This document shows, one piece after another, positions 1-8,570 of a stretch of DNA of 63,583 bases. The first letter of the stretch is position 1. Each line of letters opens with the position of its first letter. A program made the position numbers and the translations under genes. Location: the IMG/VR virus record IMGVR_UViG_3300036760_000302, positions 1 through 63,583 of that record. One strand, 5' to 3'. The notes under the pieces were generated by a model. It did not search any database and was not told the origin of the DNA. It worked only from the letters and a program-made list of their open reading frames with translations. This stretch comes from a virus (taxonomy: Duplodnaviria > Caudoviricetes).

Positions 1-127
1 CAACTGGTGATGTTTCAACAGAAATAATTAGAAAATATATTGAAGAACAAGGTTAAAATACAACATGACGTGGTCGCTTACATCCCCGAATCTAAAGATG
101 TCGGGGTTTTACACTCCCATGATAAAG
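1..127 (+). mobile_element. tnpA: 3' end of IS200/IS605-family element (TnpA Y1 C-terminus plus subterminal hairpin)
   Basis: 3..56 reads TGDVSTEIIRKYIEEQG*, matching the Y1 catalytic Tyr helix; hairpin CCCCGA..TCGGGG at 84..106; exact reverse complement at 63457..63583. Confidence 0.8.
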
Positions 128-135
128 AATAAATA

Positions 136-1152
136 ATGATAAAATCAGAAGCATACTTATTAGAGGTTGAAAATCTGAAAGCAATCAATAAAACCCTTTG
201 TCCTGACAAAAAAAAGACGACTGGAAAGATTGGGATATTTCTGCAAGGTCAAAATGGAGATTGCATAACCGCATCATCAGTTTTGAAATATCGAGATGTA
301 TTGTGGTCTGACAAAGAAATAGTTTGGTTTTGCAATATGCCTAATGCAGATTTTTTGAGACATAGCCCTGTTTCAGAGGTAAGACCTTATCCAAATGGAG
401 CTCAATTAATAACCTACGAAGGAAGAGAACTTGATTTTTTTGAGAGATTATGTAATGCAGAGAATAGACTTGACCAAGAAAAAAAGTTATTATTTCCTAT
501 GACGGCTGATTTAGATGATGGATACTTTCCAGCCCCATACATGATGACTCCGGAAAAAAGACACGGACTTGATTATCCGAATGTATCCAGAAGAGTTTTT
601 GGAATTGACCCAAGCTGGGAGTGGCATCCTTGCTTATATTTTTCAGACGAGGAACGCAAGATGGCTAAAGATTTTATTTCAAAATTACCTAAGCGTAAAA
701 ATGTGATGATAGAAACATTTGCCGGAAGCGGGCAGTCTTTATGGGATAATTCAATGACAGAAAAGACAATGCAATTATGCAATGAGAGGTTTGGCGAATG
801 TAATTTCATATTCACGTCACATAAATATTTAAGAACGTGTGAAAATTTTCCAGAAGGATTCTTTCAAAGAGGTGACATATTTTCTTGCGCGAGCTTCACG
901 GTGAGGCAATGCGCTTTACTTAACGACCTTTGCGACCTATTTGTGGGTGTATCTTCCGGAATTAGCTGTTCGTCATCGTATTGGGGTAGTAAGTCAGTAC
1001 CTAAAATGCAATTTTGCGGAAGCTGGGTTTGCTCGACAGTATCTCTTGCGAATGGATTTATAGAGCTTGTTACTGCTGACGAAAAGAAATTAGAAGATGC
1101 TCAATTAGAATTTTATTTAAAACTAAATCAACTCTTAAACACAATAAAATGA
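136..1152 (+). CDS. Glycosyltransferase, GT9/heptosyltransferase-like
   Basis: N-terminal GDCI motif; C-terminal CDLFVGVSSGISC GT-B motif. Confidence 0.6.
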   Translation: MIKSEAYLLEVENLKAINKTLCPDKKKTTGKIGIFLQGQNGDCITASSVLKYRDVLWSDKEIVWFCNMPNADFLRHSPVSEVRPYPNGAQLITYEGRELDFFERLCNAENRLDQEKKLLFPMTADLDDGYFPAPYMMTPEKRHGLDYPNVSRRVFGIDPSWEWHPCLYFSDEERKMAKDFISKLPKRKNVMIETFAGSGQSLWDNSMTEKTMQLCNERFGECNFIFTSHKYLRTCENFPEGFFQRGDIFSCASFTVRQCALLNDLCDLFVGVSSGISCSSSYWGSKSVPKMQFCGSWVCSTVSLANGFIELVTADEKKLEDAQLEFYLKLNQLLNTIK

Positions 1153-1826
1153 CAACCAAGCCAACCGCTAAGGCATTAAATAGGTTTCTTAAAACAAGAA
1201 ACGAAATAAATCAGTGTACGGAAATTTTACGTCAGAATAATTTAATCGAACACGGATTAGATTGTAAAAATTTTGATATAAAAGAAATTTCAGCCCATTT
1301 GACAGATGGAAATTTACTTGACATGGGAGCATCGGGAAGTTTTATCTTACACAACGCAATAAAACTAAATCTTTCCGGAAGAAAAGTTGGAATTGATTTA
1401 TCTCCGGTTGCAGCGCATGACCGAGCGGAAGGTGCTGAGTATTTTGAGGGAGATTTAATGAAAACTCCTTTTTCTGATGGGGAATTTCAGAATCTAACGT
1501 GCCTAAGTGTGATAGAACATCAGGTGGACTATAACTTACTCGCAAAAGAGTGCGCTAGATTATTGAAATCAGGAGGTCAATTATTTTTGACCTGCGATTA
1601 TTTTAATCCGAAACCCGATACATCTGCAATGAAGCTGTATTCTCTTGATTGGAACATATTGGACAAAGAGGATGTGCTTAGGCTTGTGGATGTTTTATCG
1701 AAACACGGATTGAGAATGACAAGCGAAATTGACTGGACTACTCAAGAGGCAGTCATTAATCCAACTTATTGTTCTCCGGCAAACGTGTCCTATACATTCG
1801 GAATTTTTCACTTTATAAAGCAATAA
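1149..1826 (+). CDS. Class I SAM-dependent methyltransferase
   Basis: LLDMGASG motif I, GIDL, GDL..PF, CLSVIEH. Confidence 0.8.
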   Translation: MTTKPTAKALNRFLKTRNEINQCTEILRQNNLIEHGLDCKNFDIKEISAHLTDGNLLDMGASGSFILHNAIKLNLSGRKVGIDLSPVAAHDRAEGAEYFEGDLMKTPFSDGEFQNLTCLSVIEHQVDYNLLAKECARLLKSGGQLFLTCDYFNPKPDTSAMKLYSLDWNILDKEDVLRLVDVLSKHGLRMTSEIDWTTQEAVINPTYCSPANVSYTFGIFHFIKQ

Positions 1827-1831
1827 AATAT

Positions 1832-2548
1832 ATGGAATTAAAATCTAATGAAACGGCAATAATTATTGTAGCATATAATAACGCCAGTTTTATTATTAAG
1901 CAAGCAGAATGTCTTAGGCATTTCTGTAAGGACGAATTTGATATAATTGTTATTGATAATAGTACTAATTCAGAAGCATCTGATGGAGTAAAGTATCATG
2001 CTACTAATCTTGGATGTTTGTATTTTAAAACAGAGGCATCGTCTAAGGATTCTACGGAAAGTCATGCTTTCGCTTGTAATTTTGCATACTGGAAATTCAA
2101 AGATAGCTATAAATATTTCTTCTTTACTGACCACGATAGCTTTCCTGTTAAGGATTTTTCTATAAAGAAAATCCTGAAAGACAAGATTATGGCTGGACTT
2201 GGGCAGGGAAGCAAGAAGACATATTTTTGGGCTGGATGCGTCATGTTCGATAACGCTAAGGTTGAAAAGGAGTTAATAGACTTTTCTCCTAATAGTGAAT
2301 TTGGTTTAGATACCGGAGGAAATCTTTACAGGATAATTGATAAGCATGAAAAAGAATCATTTGTGTTTTTTAATGAGGCGTATCATCAGAATCCAAATTT
2401 CAATAAATCATTCTATAATTTTTACGCAAGTATTCACGATGGATTATTTATGCACTTTGTTAATGGGAGTAACTGGGCTAGGTCAAGCGATAATGAGGAA
2501 AGAGTAAATTCTCTCTTTAATATTTTAGATGAAAAAGTAAAACAATAA
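1832..2548 (+). CDS. Glycosyltransferase family 2-like (GT-A)
   Basis: IIIVAYN, IIVIDNS, DHD (DxD); ATG at 1832 preferred over 1769. Confidence 0.7.
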   Translation: MELKSNETAIIIVAYNNASFIIKQAECLRHFCKDEFDIIVIDNSTNSEASDGVKYHATNLGCLYFKTEASSKDSTESHAFACNFAYWKFKDSYKYFFFTDHDSFPVKDFSIKKILKDKIMAGLGQGSKKTYFWAGCVMFDNAKVEKELIDFSPNSEFGLDTGGNLYRIIDKHEKESFVFFNEAYHQNPNFNKSFYNFYASIHDGLFMHFVNGSNWARSSDNEERVNSLFNILDEKVKQ

Positions 2549-2791
2549 TCATTCTTTTTCCAATAAATGAGCGCATCCATGACAGTGTTTGATGTGCGGA
2601 TTTGACTTTGCTATTTTCCATATTGCGTAATTTATATTTTCGTCAGAAACCCTATCTATCACTATATTTAATAGCTCCTCATCATCTATGTCATCTGGAA
2701 TTTTCATATTGGAAGCCACGAGTGCGTTAATTGTAGCCTCTCTTTTAGCTATTGCGCACCATGCCATATCTACTACCTTAAGTTTCTTCAT
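2549..2791 (-). CDS. Hypothetical protein
   Basis: 80-aa ORF with CxxC. Confidence 0.5.
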   Translation of the reverse strand: MKKLKVVDMAWCAIAKREATINALVASNMKIPDDIDDEELLNIVIDRVSDENINYAIWKIAKSNPHIKHCHGCAHLLEKE

Positions 2792-2823
2792 TTGCTTTTT
2801 TTGTAAAGGTAAATAAAAAATAA

Positions 2824-3340
2824 ATGACTATGGAGATTAAAAAATGCTCAGGGACTAACGTGTATGTGATTCCAGATATGTTATCTGTGGAGCAATGTGA
2901 TTACCTTATCAAGTATTTTTCCGGTCTTAGTAAGCCTCAGATATTAGAAGATATTCCGGAGATGTAACGCTTTATGGGGTTATATCGGTAATAAACTATC
3001 CGGAATAGACTTCGTGGATGGCAGGATTGGTAAGACCTTTAAAATAGTAGGCGTAAAACCCGCTATAACCTTCTCTAAGGCGGGATTTGCATTTGGGCGA
3101 CACATTGATAGGCAATTAGGCGGGGATGTCTTTAAAATGCTGTTTTATCTTAACAAGCTATCGGCAGGAGGTGGAACAGATTTCTTTGAGCCTTATAGCG
3201 ATGAAGGAGTTTCTGTCGAAAGCAATATCGGTACTGGAGTCCTATTCGATATAGAAGTAGAACATGGTAGTCAGCAGTTTCCTTCCGGTGAAATTAAGTA
3301 CGTGATTGGTGTGAGACCCGTGATAAATTACACTCAATAA
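2824..3340 (+). pseudogene. 2OG-Fe(II) oxygenase (prolyl-4-hydroxylase-like), frameshifted near 2950-2965
   Basis: 2824..2967 gives VYVIPDMLSVEQCDYLI; the +1 frame continues to RHID, LFYLN, GGGT, EHG, K..I..R. Confidence 0.6.
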
Positions 3341-3473
3341 TTCCGGTTTGGCGATAATATACTGATTTATTCCAACATTATTACTTTTTTATGTCATTTT
3401 TACTGGTAATTATATACTATTTTACACCGCATTGATATTTTACTTATATTTGTAGTATTAAAACCTACAATCA

Positions 3474-4421
3474 ATGGCAAAGAAAAAAGCAATTAAACAA
3501 ATCTGCTCCCTCTACGATTTATTAAAAAAGTTCCCTACGGAGAAGGACTGCATCGAATATTTCGAGCAGATAATCTGGTATGGGAAGCCAGTATCTCCAT
3601 TTGATGAGACCTCGAAGGTCTATAAATGCTCTGGCAACAAATATAAGTGCAAAAAGACTGGTAAATATTTCAATATAAAGAACGGTACTATTTTCGAGAA
3701 TAGTAATATCAAACTGCAAAAGTGGCTGATGGCTATTTACCTGATGACCTCCCACAAGAAAGGAATCAGTTCAATACAACTGGCAAGGGATATAGGCGTT
3801 ACTCAGAAATCCAGTTGGTTTATGCTCCATAGACTCCGCTACGCAATGGCTCACAGGGACTTTAAGAAGCCGTTGAGTAACATCGTTGAGTGCGATGAGG
3901 CATATATTGGTGGAAAGGAAAAGAATAGGCATCAGAATAAGAAAGGACGCGGACAAGGTTCATTCGGTAGAGAAGCATTGGATAAGGCAACTGTATTCGG
4001 GGCAGTGGAGCGAGGTGGAAAGGTTCTGGCAGAGAAAATAGTTAATGCTAATAAGGAAAATATCGAACCGATTATCTTCAAAAATATAAAGGAAGGCACA
4101 AAGATATTTACTGATGAATGGTATGGCTACCATGCGCTGAGTAAATCCTACGAACATAAGTCAATCAAACATAGTTTGAAGCAGTATGTAGATGGCGAAG
4201 TTCACACGAATACAATCGAAAATTTCTGGGCGTGCCTAAAGCGTGGATTGTATGGAATCTATCATAAGACCGACAAAGCACACTTGCAATGGTATCTGGA
4301 CGAGTTCGCTTTTCGATACAATACGAGGGACTTGAATGAACTGAAACGATGTGAGTTGTTTATCGGAGCGACTCAAGGGAGATTGAAGTATAGGCAGTTG
4401 ATAAAGAAAAAGTCTAATTAA
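3474..4421 (+). CDS. IS1595-family DDE transposase
   Basis: VECDEAYIGG, IFTDEW, HTNTIENFW, YLDEFAFRYN. Confidence 0.95.
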   Translation: MAKKKAIKQICSLYDLLKKFPTEKDCIEYFEQIIWYGKPVSPFDETSKVYKCSGNKYKCKKTGKYFNIKNGTIFENSNIKLQKWLMAIYLMTSHKKGISSIQLARDIGVTQKSSWFMLHRLRYAMAHRDFKKPLSNIVECDEAYIGGKEKNRHQNKKGRGQGSFGREALDKATVFGAVERGGKVLAEKIVNANKENIEPIIFKNIKEGTKIFTDEWYGYHALSKSYEHKSIKHSLKQYVDGEVHTNTIENFWACLKRGLYGIYHKTDKAHLQWYLDEFAFRYNTRDLNELKRCELFIGATQGRLKYRQLIKKKSN

Positions 4422-4932
4422 ACCCTCTTTCCTTCCTCCATCTCACAATTTGTTCACTTACTTTTTTTATTTTATCAAGTAGCCTTTGGTCATAAATCTC
4501 ATCTAATTTATTGGGAATATCATAACTCCAACTTACATCTTCAATCACAGGATACTCCTCCTTACTAAATCCTAAATCTCGCATTTTATTTTCGTATTTT
4601 TTATCAGCCAATCTATACCAACTACCACTAAGCCATCGTCTTGAACTCCACCATTTATCAGAATTTTTATATTCTTTTTGAGGAACTGGTCTAATGATGT
4701 GTATTGGCATACTAATTGCACCAGAATCCGAATATTCTATATAATTAAGAAAATAATATTTATTTCCTGTTCTTCCAATTAATTTTTTATATTTTTCTAT
4801 CTTATCTTTATCAATATCTCCGCCTTTCTCCAAATAACTATCCTGCTCCATCACATCTGCCGAATGAAAATATCCGCCAGTTATAATTGCTCCGTGATTG
4901 GCGTAATAATCAGCAAAATCTCCTGTTAACAT
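4414..4932 (-). CDS. IS passenger protein, unknown function (start uncertain)
   Basis: 172-aa ORF inside the TIRs; minus-strand TATCTTTG promoter element near 4959..4966. Confidence 0.55.
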   Translation of the reverse strand: MLTGDFADYYANHGAIITGGYFHSADVMEQDSYLEKGGDIDKDKIEKYKKLIGRTGNKYYFLNYIEYSDSGAISMPIHIIRPVPQKEYKNSDKWWSSRRWLSGSWYRLADKKYENKMRDLGFSKEEYPVIEDVSWSYDIPNKLDEIYDQRLLDKIKKVSEQIVRWRKERGFN

Positions 4933-5040
4933 TATTGTATGGATTATACTTTGTGCGACAAAGATAATTAATATTTTAATACGGCAAAATGTTAGTAATT
5001 AATGAAGTTTACTGTTGAATATTTGTACTATTTTCGCACC

Positions 5041-5169
5041 ATGAGTAAAAAACCATCCAAGAAAATCAACTCAAAGAACGCAAAACAGCGTGGAGGAGTT
5101 ATGCAGGAAAAAGAGTTCAATGAAATCATCCAGAGAATTGTTCGGGTCAAACCGAAACAGACTAAATGA
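5041..5169 (+). CDS. Small basic IS-associated protein (42 aa)
   Basis: MSKKPSKKINSKNAKQRGGVMQEKEFNEIIQRIVRVKPKQTK*, next to the right TIR. Confidence 0.5.
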   Translation: MSKKPSKKINSKNAKQRGGVMQEKEFNEIIQRIVRVKPKQTK

Positions 5170-5282
5170 CCTATACACTATCCGTCTTTCAATTTTTATG
5201 TTATTTCAGCAAGTGTAAAATAGTATATAATTACCTTTTTACTGGTTGATTATCAGTGAATTATGAGCTTAGTAGAAAATAA

Positions 5283-5315
5283 TTTATAAACCAAGCAACT
5301 TTTGTTATACATTTG
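5283..5315 (+). promoter_or_regulatory. Bacteroidota sigma70-type promoter of tRNA operon 1
   Basis: TTTA-N21-TACATTTG (-33/-7 elements). Confidence 0.6.
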
Positions 5316-5383
5316 TCGTCTAAAGAGAAACAAACGCTCCGCGAGGAGTAAAACAGAAAATCAACCGAGTAATAAAACAGACA

Positions 5384-5521
5384 ATGCTTTCACTTCAAAA
5401 AAATACAACAACAATGTGGACGATAGCGGGTAAAACCTGTGTGTCAGTCATTCGCTTTAATGAAGCGGGGGACGATACAAGCGGGGCTTTCCACAAAGTT
5501 TTGTATTCTGACGAAGAATAA
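5384..5521 (+). CDS. Leader peptide of tRNA operon 1 (45 aa; alternative start 5414)
   Basis: MLSLQKNTTTMWTIAGKTCVSVIRFNEAGDDTSGAFHKVLYSDEE*; its 3' part overlaps the antiterminator strand. Confidence 0.75.
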   Translation: MLSLQKNTTTMWTIAGKTCVSVIRFNEAGDDTSGAFHKVLYSDEE

Positions 5522-5577
5522 AAATACGAAACTCAAAAGAAGCCCCGCACAAGAAATTGTTCGGGGCTTTTTGTTTT
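5481..5577 (+). terminator. Attenuator 1 (antiterminator 5481..5548; intrinsic terminator 5540..5577)
   Basis: AAGCCCCG-C-ACAA-GAAA-TTGT-T-CGGGGCTT plus U-tract; GCGGGGCTT(5481) pairs with AAGCCCCGC, and GTTTTGTATT with AATACGAAAC. Confidence 0.8.
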
Positions 5578-5579
5578 AT

Positions 5580-6533
5580 ATGGGTTTTAAATACGAGTGT
5601 GAAAAATATGGTTTAAAAATAAGATACATGAAACCGCTTTATACTAAAGAAGAATTTAAAATAGCCGAAGGGGAAGATAAATTACCATTAGAATGTTACT
5701 CCTGCGGAAATACCTTCTTAAAACTAAAGCGAGTGATTCAAAGAACCCTGCGGAATAAAAATGGATATACAGGAAAATTTTGTAGCAAAAAATGTTGTGG
5801 TGCATCAAAGAAAAGAAAATTAATATCAGCAAAGTGCGAAAACGATAAATGCAATAAAGAACACGATGGTTCTTTCGGAAGTGGTAGATTTTGCAGAAGG
5901 GCTTGCGCTAATAGCAGAGTCAAAAGCGAATCAGATAAATTAAAAATATCTGCTGGGGTCAGGAATAGCGAGGCGTTTAAGGTAAGTGTCTTAAAATTAC
6001 CCAAGAAGATTAGGAAGATGTGGCGCGATGGGAAATATAATAGCAGAAGTGAAAAATTGATAAAGGTAGTTAAGTGGAAATGCCCAGTTTGCGATTCTAT
6101 TATAATGTTAAATCCAAGCGTAGCAAGAGAAAGAAAATATTGTAGTGGAAGATGTAGAAATAAAGTGAATAATAAATTTCAGAATGGTAGTAGGTCGTAT
6201 GCCGAAAGATACTTGGAGGAAAAATTAAGCGAGTCGTTTCCGTCATTAAAAATTGAATTTAATAATAGAGAAGTATTGAGTGGAAATAAAGAGTTGGATG
6301 TGTACATACCGTCTTTGAACTTTGCGATAGAATGGAATGGAATTTATCATTACAGGGAAGTAAATAAAGAAAGTTTAGTTAAGGTAAAAAAGAGAGATTT
6401 TGATAAAAAGAAAGAGTGTAAGCGAGGCGGAATATTGCTGTATGTGATAAAAGATTTAACGAGCAGTAAGAAATTTATAAGAGAAGAAACTGATAAAATT
6501 GTTCTTGTTATACGCAGACTAATTCATGGGTGA
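5580..6533 (+). CDS. Putative homing endonuclease (Zn fingers plus PD-(D/E)XK domain)
   Basis: Repeated FCS..C modules; ELDVYIPSLNFAIEWNGIYHY; ATG 5580 preferred. Confidence 0.75.
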   Translation: MGFKYECEKYGLKIRYMKPLYTKEEFKIAEGEDKLPLECYSCGNTFLKLKRVIQRTLRNKNGYTGKFCSKKCCGASKKRKLISAKCENDKCNKEHDGSFGSGRFCRRACANSRVKSESDKLKISAGVRNSEAFKVSVLKLPKKIRKMWRDGKYNSRSEKLIKVVKWKCPVCDSIIMLNPSVARERKYCSGRCRNKVNNKFQNGSRSYAERYLEEKLSESFPSLKIEFNNREVLSGNKELDVYIPSLNFAIEWNGIYHYREVNKESLVKVKKRDFDKKKECKRGGILLYVIKDLTSSKKFIREETDKIVLVIRRLIHG

Positions 6534-6596
6534 GATGGTCGGACTCCAAATCCGATGCCCGAAAGGGATGTGCGGGTTCGACTCCTGCTCTGCGTG
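6512..6596 (+). tRNA. tRNA-Trp(CCA) with long variable arm
   Basis: ACGCAGA/TCTGCGT-G; TCGGA-CTCCAAA-TCCGA; GCGGG-TTCGACT-CCTGC. Confidence 0.8.
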
Positions 6597-6638
6597 CAAG
6601 TAGTAAAATTGTTCTTTGAAAGTAAAATATTGTTTTTT

Positions 6639-6927
6639 TTTGGCAGGACTCCAGAAGTGGGGGTCGCACAGATGAACAACCATTACAACAACGTACAGTT
6701 CCAACGGCACTGTAATGGTGCGGAACAGTTCTCTTGCCGAAGATATTTAAGATGTTTGGTCACGACAAGCAGTTTGACGAACTAACCGTTCCTTCATCGT
6801 CACTGGGGCGGGCTTGTCGTGTGCCGGACAAAAGAATCTACTAAGCAGGTTTGAGATGAAAAAAAAAACAGAGCAAAGAAAATCAGCATCTCTGTAATTT
6901 GCCGTCAACCGGAGAATGTCCTGCTTA
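6639..6927 (+). ncRNA. Three stem-closed putative ncRNAs (6639..6741, 6753..6830, 6842..6927)
   Basis: Closing stems GGCAGGA/TCTTGCC, CACGACAAGC/GCTTGTCGTG, TAAGCAGG/CCTGCTTA. Confidence 0.45.
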
Positions 6928-6935
6928 AAATATTT

Positions 6936-7008
<73 letters not shown>

Positions 7009-7096
7009 CTTCTGCTAAACCATAATGCAGATGGATGAAGATGATAAATCGTAACTGAATTGTACAATAGGTTACGGCTAAAACGGATTCGTCTCA

Positions 7097-7161
7097 GGCG
7101 ATGTTCATTAGGGGGCAAGTCGCGAACTTGTCAAGGGGTGAAAGTCCTCTCATCGCCACCA
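7097..7161 (+). ncRNA. D-armless tRNA-like RNA ending in ACCA
   Basis: GGCGATG/CATCGCC-ACCA; GCAAG-TCGCGAA-CTTGT; AGGGG-TGAAAGT-CCTCT. Confidence 0.55.
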
Positions 7162-7162
7162 T

Positions 7163-7235
7163 GCCTGTGTAGCTCAGTTGGTAGAGCTCCTGACTTGTAA
7201 TCAGGGGGTCGGGGGTTCAAGTCCCTCCGCAGGCT
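7163..7235 (+). tRNA. tRNA-Thr(TGT)
   Basis: Canonical cloverleaf; loop CTTGTAA. Confidence 0.95.
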
Positions 7236-7259
7236 CGACTGGTTCTTTAAAAGTAAGAT

Positions 7260-7332
7260 TGCGATGTAACTCAGGTGGTAGAGTACAGGATTCATAAACC
7301 TGTTGTCGCGGGTTCGAGTCCCGCCATCGCAA
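7260..7332 (+). tRNA. tRNA-Met(CAT)
   Basis: TGCGATG/CATCGCA; loop TTCATAA. Confidence 0.85.
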
Positions 7333-7348
7333 CCGGATAAAAATATAT

Positions 7349-7395
7349 TGCGGGGTGGACTGGCGTTCGGTTGCCAGCTTGGTCTCATAAACCAA
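7349..7395 (+). pseudogene. Orphan 5' half of a tRNA-Met(CAT), interrupted by an HNH cassette
   Basis: TGCGGGG, D-arm CTGGC/GCCAG, TTGGT-CTCATAA-ACCAA; no T-arm follows. Confidence 0.75.
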
Positions 7396-7435
7396 AAATT
7401 GTAAGATGAGACCATTTTTGTATCTTTGAAATAAA

Positions 7436-7834
7436 ATGCCATATAAAGACAAGGATATTCAGAGAGAAAAGAATAGGGGGTATCAAAAGAAATATTATAG
7501 TAATAATAAAAAATACTATCAAAAAAAATCAAGCGACAGAAAAAAGGTTCTCGCTGTCGAATTAGAAAAAATAAAAAAGAAATTAAAATGCGAAAAATGT
7601 GGAGAGGGTCATGTGGCGACTCTGGACTTTCATCACAAAAATGCCAGTGAAAAAGAAAAAGGGGTCGGTGCGTCAATATCTAATGGATGGTCAATTAATA
7701 GAATCAAAAAAGAAATAAAAAAATGTATAGTCTTGTGCTCTAATTGCCATAGAAAATTACACTACAAGGAAAGGAAATTGAGAAAAAAAAATATTGCGGG
7801 ACAGTTGCGATGGAGTGCAATAGGAGTCTCATAA
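7436..7834 (+). CDS. HNH endonuclease
   Basis: CEKCG..LDFHH..CIVLCSNCHRKLH; TATCTTTG promoter element at 7421..7428. Confidence 0.9.
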   Translation: MPYKDKDIQREKNRGYQKKYYSNNKKYYQKKSSDRKKVLAVELEKIKKKLKCEKCGEGHVATLDFHHKNASEKEKGVGASISNGWSINRIKKEIKKCIVLCSNCHRKLHYKERKLRKKNIAGQLRWSAIGVS

Positions 7835-7870
7835 ACTCTCTGGTCGGCAGTTCGAGTCTGCCTCCCGCTA
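7795..7870 (+). tRNA. tRNA-Met(CAT), initiator-like
   Basis: TGCGGGA/TCCCGCT with 1:72 mismatch; GGAGT-CTCATAA-ACTCT. Confidence 0.8.
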
Positions 7871-7887
7871 CGAAAGTAAAATAACAT

Positions 7888-7960
7888 TTGCGCGTAGCTC
7901 ATTCGGTAGAGCGCTACTCTGATAAAGTAGAGGTAGAAAGTTCAAATCTTTCCGTGCAAA
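7888..7960 (+). tRNA. tRNA-Ile(GAT)
   Basis: CTACT-CTGATAA-AGTAG; full cloverleaf. Confidence 0.9.
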
Positions 7961-7968
7961 CAAAATTT

Positions 7969-8046
7969 GGACAAGTAGCTCATGGTAGGTAGAGCATCGG
8001 TCTGTTAAACCGAGTGTGGCAGGTTCGACCCCTGCCTTGTCCGCCA
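7969..8046 (+). tRNA. tRNA-Asn(GTT), encoded CCA
   Basis: GGACAAG/CTTGTCC-GCCA; loop CTGTTAA. Confidence 0.92.
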
Positions 8047-8057
8047 GAATAAAACAT

Positions 8058-8131
8058 GGTGATGCAGAATAATGGCGCATTTTACCTCCCTGTCACGGAG
8101 GGGATTACGGGTTCGAGTCCCGTCATCACCG
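8058..8131 (+). tRNA. tRNA-Asp(GTC)
   Basis: GGTGATG/CATCACC-G; loop CTGTCAC. Confidence 0.9.
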
Positions 8132-8211
8132 CAAGTAAATAAAAATAAAAAAAAGTAAAATGAAAAACAAAATTACAGTATCCGAGCCAGCCGAACCTTA
8201 TGAGGAAACTT

Positions 8212-8282
8212 GTCAGGTTAGTTTAGTGGCAGAACGCTGGGCTTTCATCCCAGAGGCAGGAGTTCGATTCTCCTACTTGATA
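8212..8282 (+). tRNA. tRNA-Glu(TTC)
   Basis: CTGGG-CTTTCAT-CCCAG; T-arm AGGAG/CTCCT. Confidence 0.88.
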
Positions 8283-8296
8283 CTTAATAAATATAA

Positions 8297-8368
8297 GCGA
8301 GGTATAGCTTAATCGGCAAAGCATCAGTTTTCCAAACTGAGGATGCGGTTCAAATCCGATACTTCGCT
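8297..8368 (+). tRNA. tRNA-Gly(TCC), irregular acceptor/T junction
   Basis: TCAGT-TTTCCAA-ACTGA; GCGAGGTA/TACTTCGC. Confidence 0.8.
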
Positions 8369-8422
8369 CACATGGCGAGTTTAAAGGGAATCCACAGTCG
8401 GGAGACTGCCTCTCGCCTCCAT

Positions 8423-8495
8423 GCGGAAGTAGCTCAGGTGGTAGAGCGTATCGTTGCCAACGATAAGGTCGTGAGTTCAAATCTCATTTTCCGCT
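8423..8495 (+). tRNA. tRNA-Gly(GCC)
   Basis: Canonical cloverleaf; loop TTGCCAA. Confidence 0.93.
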
Positions 8496-8570
8496 CGAAA
8501 AAGGCTCTTTGAAGTATTTGGCTTAATTATTGCATGGTATATGTGACTCGAACCATGAAATCATTAAGGT

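Larger units (their letters stand above)
3405..5235 (+). mobile_element. IS1595-family insertion sequence with passenger gene
   Basis: 23-bp perfect TIRs GGTAATTATATACTATTTTACAC (3405..3427, 5213..5235); 8-bp TSD TTTTTACT (3397..3404, 5236..5243). Confidence 0.92.

Noticed and set aside
6512-6596. Selenocysteine tRNA
   Set aside because: The anticodon is CCA, not TCA; the acceptor is Trp-like; no sel genes are seen.
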